Source: a bacterium (GTDB lineage Bacteria > Fidelibacterota > Marinisomatia > Marinisomatales > UBA1611). Taken from it: 11,311 nucleotides of DNA. Every line of letters starts with the position of its first letter. Position 1 is the stretch's first letter. Of this stretch, positions 7,801-11,311 are shown piece by piece. The stretch spans positions 1 through 11,311 of the forward strand of contig JAYPIC010000055.1 of NCBI GenBank assembly GCA_038127595.1, in the 5' to 3' direction. The notes under the pieces were generated by a model, which saw only the letters and a program-made list of their open reading frames with translations, did not search any database and was not told where the DNA came from. The translations under genes and the position numbers were made by a program.

Positions 7801-8956
7801 TAATGCAGGAGAAGATATTTTAGTTGTTCTTCCAAGCAGCTCTGCAATCCTAGATGGAAGTTTAAGCTCAGATTTAGATACTGATAATTTAAATTTTCAG
7901 TGGGATCAGGTTTATGGTCCCAATACTGCTAATGTTTTATCCCCTAACAATCAAATAACCGATATTAATAATCTGGTGGAAGGAACATATAAATTTAAAC
8001 TTACTGTAAATGATAATTCTCATTCATCGATAGATCATATTTTTGTATTTGTATCTAGCTCTGAAAATTTTTCTCCAACAGTTTCTCTTAATACTTCTAA
8101 TTTAGCTTCATCCTACTATTATGGCTCTAGCATAGAGCTCTTAGCAACTGCTAATGATATCGATGGCACGATTGAAAAAGTTGAATTTTATGATAATAAT
8201 ATTCCTATCGCTGAACTATTTGAAGCACCATACTCGTATATGATAAGTAATTTATCGCTTGGAACACATATAATTGAGGCAGTAGCATATGATGATGATG
8301 GTTTATCATCAGAACCTAGTAGCTTTGAAATTGAAATCATAGAAGCTCCTTCTTGCACTGGTGGGCCTTCCAATGGTGACTATACCTATGAGTTCTCGGA
8401 TGATCTAAATAATCCAACTATTACATTCATTCCTAGCGCTGGCCATGTTGGTAGCCCTACATGCATTTTATACTACAGTACTGGAGGTACTCCACCTGGT
8501 TATAATGTTACTCCGAATGTACCGTTTCAAATTAATGCTGATGAGGGGGAGGTGATACAGTTTTACTATACCTATTCCTATAATGGTTTAGAAAGAAATA
8601 CCTCCGCAGATCCACATTCATATGAAATTGGTAGTTGTTACAGTGGGCAATTAGAGGCAGATGTGAATAATATACCAAACGATTTTTCTCTTAAACAAAA
8701 CTATCCAAATCCATTTAATCCAAAAACTAAGATTCAATATTCTTTACCCAAAGATACATATGTAAGTATAAATATATATGACCTTAACGGTAAAATAGTA
8801 AAGTCTTTAATTAAGGAATTTCAAAGTGCTGGTGTTAAAAATATCATGTGGAAAGGAAATAATGATTTTGGACAGACCCTTTCAGCTGGGGTGTATATTT
8901 TAGTATTTAATTCTGATGAGTACTACGCATCAAAGAAAATGATTCTACTTAAATAA
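4805..8956 (+). CDS. Secreted multimodular endo-1,3-beta-glucanase (GH81) with Ig-like, CBM6, PKD, Ig-like, putative CBM56-like and T9SS type A/FlgD-Ig C-terminal domains
   Basis: Signal peptide MKNLITYILLFLTTATS|Q. GH81 motifs PTNDWWS, NDHHFHWGYF (D436) and GNDQESTSE (E511/E515). CBM6-like PGVIE...GWIEAGEWIEYSVNVQTAGYY (~7320-7770). PKD PPISNAGED...LVEGTYKFKLTVND (~7790-8060). Ig-like modules with RVEFY and DIDGTIEKVEFY. C-terminal FSLKQNYPNPFNP...LSAGVY...KKMILLK. Confidence 0.92.
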   Translation: MKNLITYILLFLTTATSQIIQVGSGSYTTSFPGTDAAGRNGYPSGQPQTTGPAAQKHAPTNDWWSYVIKNDHASNLFNYPLALKTVNTGLVTSYIPWGVYDDQEPIIVSLTGLNTSKAKVYDFTDWTVTLDWTDSNNSLKATVGIGMPFVYFTKDDASTVEIEINLGQVSVSGEKIIVENARNGADFVIYGPTGSTWQVSGNKYTSSLNGSNYWSLVMLPQNTNNINAVANDLQKYAYVFPQNTSVEWYYNENNSYMYTDYLIEVDVKEGVYSNVLQGLLPHQWNNLSDESAYPDEYTYNSVRGELKMLDGNNFSTKNIFTGILPTLPSLGQYSQTYNPAELQNKISQIENNQLATWTDSYNEGQVMNRLIQTGRIAHEIGNSEARDLIIETVKERLEDWLTASTPEVAFIFYYNTNWSTLIGYPAGHGQDNNINDHHFHWGYFIHAAAFIEQFLPGWANDWGEMVNHLVRDAASPNRNDPDYPFLRSFSPFAGHCWANGFATFPQGNDQESTSESMQFNSALIHWGSVTGNDEIRDLGIYLYTTERTAIDEYWFDMYDRNFSDNQQYSLVSRVWGNSYDNGTFWTNDIAASYGIEMYPIHGGSFYLAHNLDYSTALWNEITSNTGILNNEVNPNLWHDVYWKYLSFIDASAAIELYNSNPNRILKFGISDAHTYYWLHSMNSIGQYRSNVTADWPIAASFDNLGQITYVAHNYTNEEMIVTFSDGFQLTVPAGEMSTNRGESITGTIQTDFNQAYINGSITINFFSDNNSISRVEFYDNSDLIGEVSSPPFQFTATNLGLGIHNIYAKIYSGSEFGLSNFITVTVGEQLAYNNSMNVLPGVIESGKYDYFEGGLGQNITYFDNSLNNEGTFRTDEYVDVEYFGNTEGPTLGWIEAGEWIEYSVNVQTAGYYDLQYRYASDLAGGGGPFHFEINGQVISDNIYAGNTGDWYNWLSGNAGNIELNAGEHVLRLVFTDGGFNLGRLNFTFNRELDYNPPISNAGEDILVVLPSSSAILDGSLSSDLDTDNLNFQWDQVYGPNTANVLSPNNQITDINNLVEGTYKFKLTVNDNSHSSIDHIFVFVSSSENFSPTVSLNTSNLASSYYYGSSIELLATANDIDGTIEKVEFYDNNIPIAELFEAPYSYMISNLSLGTHIIEAVAYDDDGLSSEPSSFEIEIIEAPSCTGGPSNGDYTYEFSDDLNNPTITFIPSAGHVGSPTCILYYSTGGTPPGYNVTPNVPFQINADEGEVIQFYYTYSYNGLERNTSADPHSYEIGSCYSGQLEADVNNIPNDFSLKQNYPNPFNPKTKIQYSLPKDTYVSINIYDLNGKIVKSLIKEFQSAGVKNIMWKGNNDFGQTLSAGVYILVFNSDEYYASKKMILLK

Positions 8957-8980
8957 TTATAAAGTAATAAATAGATATTA

Positions 8981-9009
8981 TTGAAGTAAAATTCTATTCT
9001 AGTTATTTT
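8981..9009 (+). promoter_or_regulatory. Candidate sigma70-type promoter for the small-ORF cluster (very short leader)
   Basis: TTGAAG (8981-8986) - 17 nt - TATTTT (9004-9009). The ATG at 9023 has no Shine-Dalgarno. Confidence 0.3.
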
Positions 9010-9022
9010 CTACATATAAATT

Positions 9023-9232
9023 ATGTTTTATTTTAGAATAGGTATTGCTCTTTTTGTCTTATATGTAATCTGGTATTTATACCGATTTGTTAGTTTAAAC
9101 AAAAACCAAATCTCTATGATATTTAAAAGAGGAAAATTTTTCTATTCAAATCCCTACATTAAACAGGAATTAATTAGCTCAACCTTGAAGTTTTTGTTCA
9201 AACTTCTGCGTAAATCATTTTTTAAATTTTAA
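9023..9232 (+). CDS. Small hypothetical membrane protein (69 aa)
   Basis: N-terminal hydrophobic segment IGIALFVLYVIWYLY and basic amphipathic C-terminus LKFLFKLLRKSFFKF. A 69-codon open frame in very AT-rich DNA, co-oriented with its neighbours. Confidence 0.6.
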   Translation: MFYFRIGIALFVLYVIWYLYRFVSLNKNQISMIFKRGKFFYSNPYIKQELISSTLKFLFKLLRKSFFKF

Positions 9233-9252
9233 TTATTTTTCCTGTTTAAAAC

Positions 9253-9408
9253 ATGGATAAAATTAAATTAAAACATACAATATTAATTTTAATCCTCGCC
9301 TTTGTGATTATTTTTATCATATTAAAGAATCAAGATTTAGACTTCTATGAAAATTACAATAAAGCGATTTCAGAGCCAGATAGCGTTAAAATATTGAACC
9401 TAAAATGA
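9253..9408 (+). CDS. Small single-pass membrane protein (51 aa), not in the supplied ORF track
   Basis: Translated by hand: MDKIKLKHTILILILAFVIIFIILKNQDLDFYENYNKAISEPDSVKILNLK*. Basic N-terminus plus a 15-residue hydrophobic stretch. It fills the gap between neighbours and its TGA overlaps the next ATG (ATGA, 9405-9408). Confidence 0.65.
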   Translation: MDKIKLKHTILILILAFVIIFIILKNQDLDFYENYNKAISEPDSVKILNLK

Positions 9409-10091
9409 ATGTCACGAACCAACTAATGACAGAAAAAGAGGTCATACGCAAAATAAGATTAAAACTTAGAGAGTATTTTCCTAATCTTCAAAAATTGATC
9501 GATCAGAACGTAATAACAAAAAATGATTGGCTTTTTTTTGGTATGATACAGCTTAACTTAGTTAAATGCTTTCTAGATACACCTGAGAAAATTATTAGAA
9601 AATCTAAGAAACAAATTAAACAGATTATTAAATTTTATGATCTGGAGGTAAAAACTAGAAATTATATTTTAAAAAGTAACACTATTCAAAGTGAAAATAA
9701 TATTGACCTCAAAAATATTAAGGAACAGATTGTATACTACAGTGAACACAAAGAATATTGGGTAAATCGGCAAAACTCAAACGAATTATATTTTAACTAT
9801 GAGCTATTTATGTTTCTGTACTATAAATGGATGAATAATTTTGAATTTGAAATCGATAACACTTTAAATCTCATGCTTGATATTATGGTATTAACTAATT
9901 TTTATCGTATAAAGTTTTTCACTATTGAAAAATTAAGACATGAGAGAGAAATACTTTTATCTCAATTGAAAGTAAGTAGTTTATTGCTTATAAATAAGAA
10001 TGATGATTTTCAAAATATCATTGATGTAGGTATGGATATCGAACTTATTGATGTAAATAGCTTTAAAAGAGAAATTCAAGCACATCTATAG
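9405..10091 (+). CDS. Hypothetical soluble protein (228 aa; alternative start ATG at 9426)
   Basis: Long open frame in very AT-rich DNA; K/I/L/N-rich and probably mostly helical. No motif recognised. Confidence 0.75.
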   Translation: MNVTNQLMTEKEVIRKIRLKLREYFPNLQKLIDQNVITKNDWLFFGMIQLNLVKCFLDTPEKIIRKSKKQIKQIIKFYDLEVKTRNYILKSNTIQSENNIDLKNIKEQIVYYSEHKEYWVNRQNSNELYFNYELFMFLYYKWMNNFEFEIDNTLNLMLDIMVLTNFYRIKFFTIEKLRHEREILLSQLKVSSLLLINKNDDFQNIIDVGMDIELIDVNSFKREIQAHL

Positions 10092-10178
10092 AATGAAATG
10101 TTTAATCTATCTAATAACGTTCATTAATCCTATATTTAACCCATTAACTAAGAAATTTTTTATACTATTTAGTTTTTT

Positions 10179-10182
10179 GGAG
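10179..10182 (+). promoter_or_regulatory. Shine-Dalgarno for the lipoprotein gene
   Basis: GGAG 7 nt before the ATG at 10190. TATACT (-10-like) at 10161-10166. Confidence 0.55.
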
Positions 10183-10189
10183 AATTAAC

Positions 10190-10921
10190 ATGCTTAAAGT
10201 TTTTAATGCTATCAAAATTCATTTTTTAAAAACATCAATTTTCATTCTTGCCTCTATATTCCTTTTTTCAAGCTGCGAGGAGCAAATTGATGATCTATGG
10301 GATAATAATGATGATACTCAATCATTTAGCCCGGTTATTGGTGACTGGTATGCTGATTCAATTAAATCTTTCTATAGCTGTGTTAAAACTGCTGATAGCA
10401 CAGCTGATGTTATAGTCGATTCATACATAGATAACTATAACCTTTGGTTACTGTCTGATGGAAGCCTTCAGCTCTATTTTGATCAAAGTGTAAACTTACA
10501 GAATGAGTGTGAAGATTTTTATGGTAATTGGAGCAATACTAATGGTTGTAGTGATTCATATTATGAATATTATGATTATTCCCCAATAGAGTTTTGTAAT
10601 GCTTATTATGAACATAATCAATATAATATAGAGACCACATCTTGTAGTCAAAGTGCTGCTATAAATGGAACATGGACTGTAAATGAAGCTGCTTCTACGG
10701 TTACTGTTATCATGGACTCAGTATGTGTCAATTCTTTTGGAAACCCATCTTATTTATCCTCTCCAGATGCATGTGGTGCATTAGAATATGGAGAATACTA
10801 TCCAAACTTAGAAAGAACATTTAACTACTCAGTCAACTCCCAGACTGGTAACATAGACTTTGAAGGCTCTTGGTTTGATGATGATTCATCATGCGTGATT
10901 TTTCATATGTCTCTGCAGTAA
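10190..10921 (+). CDS. Cys-rich acidic lipoprotein with lipocalin-like beta-barrel motifs
   Basis: Signal peptide II ending LFSS-C29, acidic linker EEQIDDLWDNNDD, VIGDWY (GxW) and GTWTVN motifs, and 8 further Cys. Confidence 0.75.
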   Translation: MLKVFNAIKIHFLKTSIFILASIFLFSSCEEQIDDLWDNNDDTQSFSPVIGDWYADSIKSFYSCVKTADSTADVIVDSYIDNYNLWLLSDGSLQLYFDQSVNLQNECEDFYGNWSNTNGCSDSYYEYYDYSPIEFCNAYYEHNQYNIETTSCSQSAAINGTWTVNEAASTVTVIMDSVCVNSFGNPSYLSSPDACGALEYGEYYPNLERTFNYSVNSQTGNIDFEGSWFDDDSSCVIFHMSLQ

Positions 10922-10981
10922 AATACATTAAGTATATTCCATAGATACACCTAAATAAGGCTGTATTCATACAGAGTAGTA

Positions 10982-11311
10982 TTGATTAAAAAAACCTTAT
11001 TAGTCTTATTTTTAACTAATATTTGTTTTTCATCTGTGCAAGGTTGGAAATCTAAATTAAGAGAAGATGGTAAACTGATTATTTCTAACTTAAGTCTAAA
11101 TGAGGAAAGAGTTTTTTCATCTAGGGTAAGAGGAAAATTGAGTATTATCTTGGATAACCAAAATTTATTGTTGGCTATTAATTGGGGAGAATTTGCAAAC
11201 TTATCAGATGCAAATGTCTTTTACAATATTAAAGAATATGGAATATTTGAAGAAGATTGGAAATTATCCAATGACGGCAAGGTTGCCTACTCACCGAATC
11301 CTGTGTTAATG
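10982..11311 (+). CDS. Exported hypothetical protein with VasI/TagO-like motif (3'-truncated by the window), not in the supplied ORF track
   Basis: TTG start and 110 open codons to the window end: MIKKTLLVLFLTNICFSSVQGWKSKLREDGKLIISNLSLNEERVFSSRVRGKLSIILDNQNLLLAINWGEFANLSDANVFYNIKEYGIFEEDWKLSNDGKVAYSPNPVLM. Signal-peptide-like N-terminus. Confidence 0.7.
   Translation, partial: MIKKTLLVLFLTNICFSSVQGWKSKLREDGKLIISNLSLNEERVFSSRVRGKLSIILDNQNLLLAINWGEFANLSDANVFYNIKEYGIFEEDWKLSNDGKVAYSPNPVLM

Noticed and set aside
5493..8373. Minus-strand ORFs 5493-5681, 6250-6435 and 8188-8373
   Set aside because: Short shadows inside the GH81 gene.
10961..10974. LexA SOS box CTGT...ACAG
   Set aside because: The spacer is 6 nt; the gammaproteobacterial box needs 8.
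1..11311. CRISPR array, tRNA/rRNA, transposase, integrase or prophage genes
   Set aside because: No spaced direct repeats, RNA-gene signatures or mobile-element protein motifs were seen on reading.

Overview
AT-rich bacterial chromosomal window. The left half is housekeeping: the 3' part of leuC, then leuD and a citramalate synthase (cimA) in an operon-like run, converging on a minus-strand YbiT-type ABC-F ATPase. A palindrome-rich divergent intergenic region precedes a 1383-aa secreted multimodular GH81 endo-beta-1,3-glucanase (GH81-Ig-CBM6-PKD-Ig-putative CBM56-like module-T9SS/FlgD-type C-terminal domain), with no susC/susD partners in view. The right end is a very AT-rich cluster of orphan genes: a 69-aa membrane protein, an unannotated 51-aa membrane peptide resembling a truncated LRR N-cap, a 228-aa helical protein, a Cys-rich lipocalin-like lipoprotein and an unannotated TTG-start exported protein with a VasI/TagO-like motif running off the end. 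The YPNPFNP/FlgD-type tail with proteobacterial-style LeuD and YbiT suggests an FCB-group marine bacterium such as Marinimicrobia (inference). No CRISPR array, rRNA, tRNA or mobile element was seen. All family assignments are from motif recognition by eye; no searches were run.
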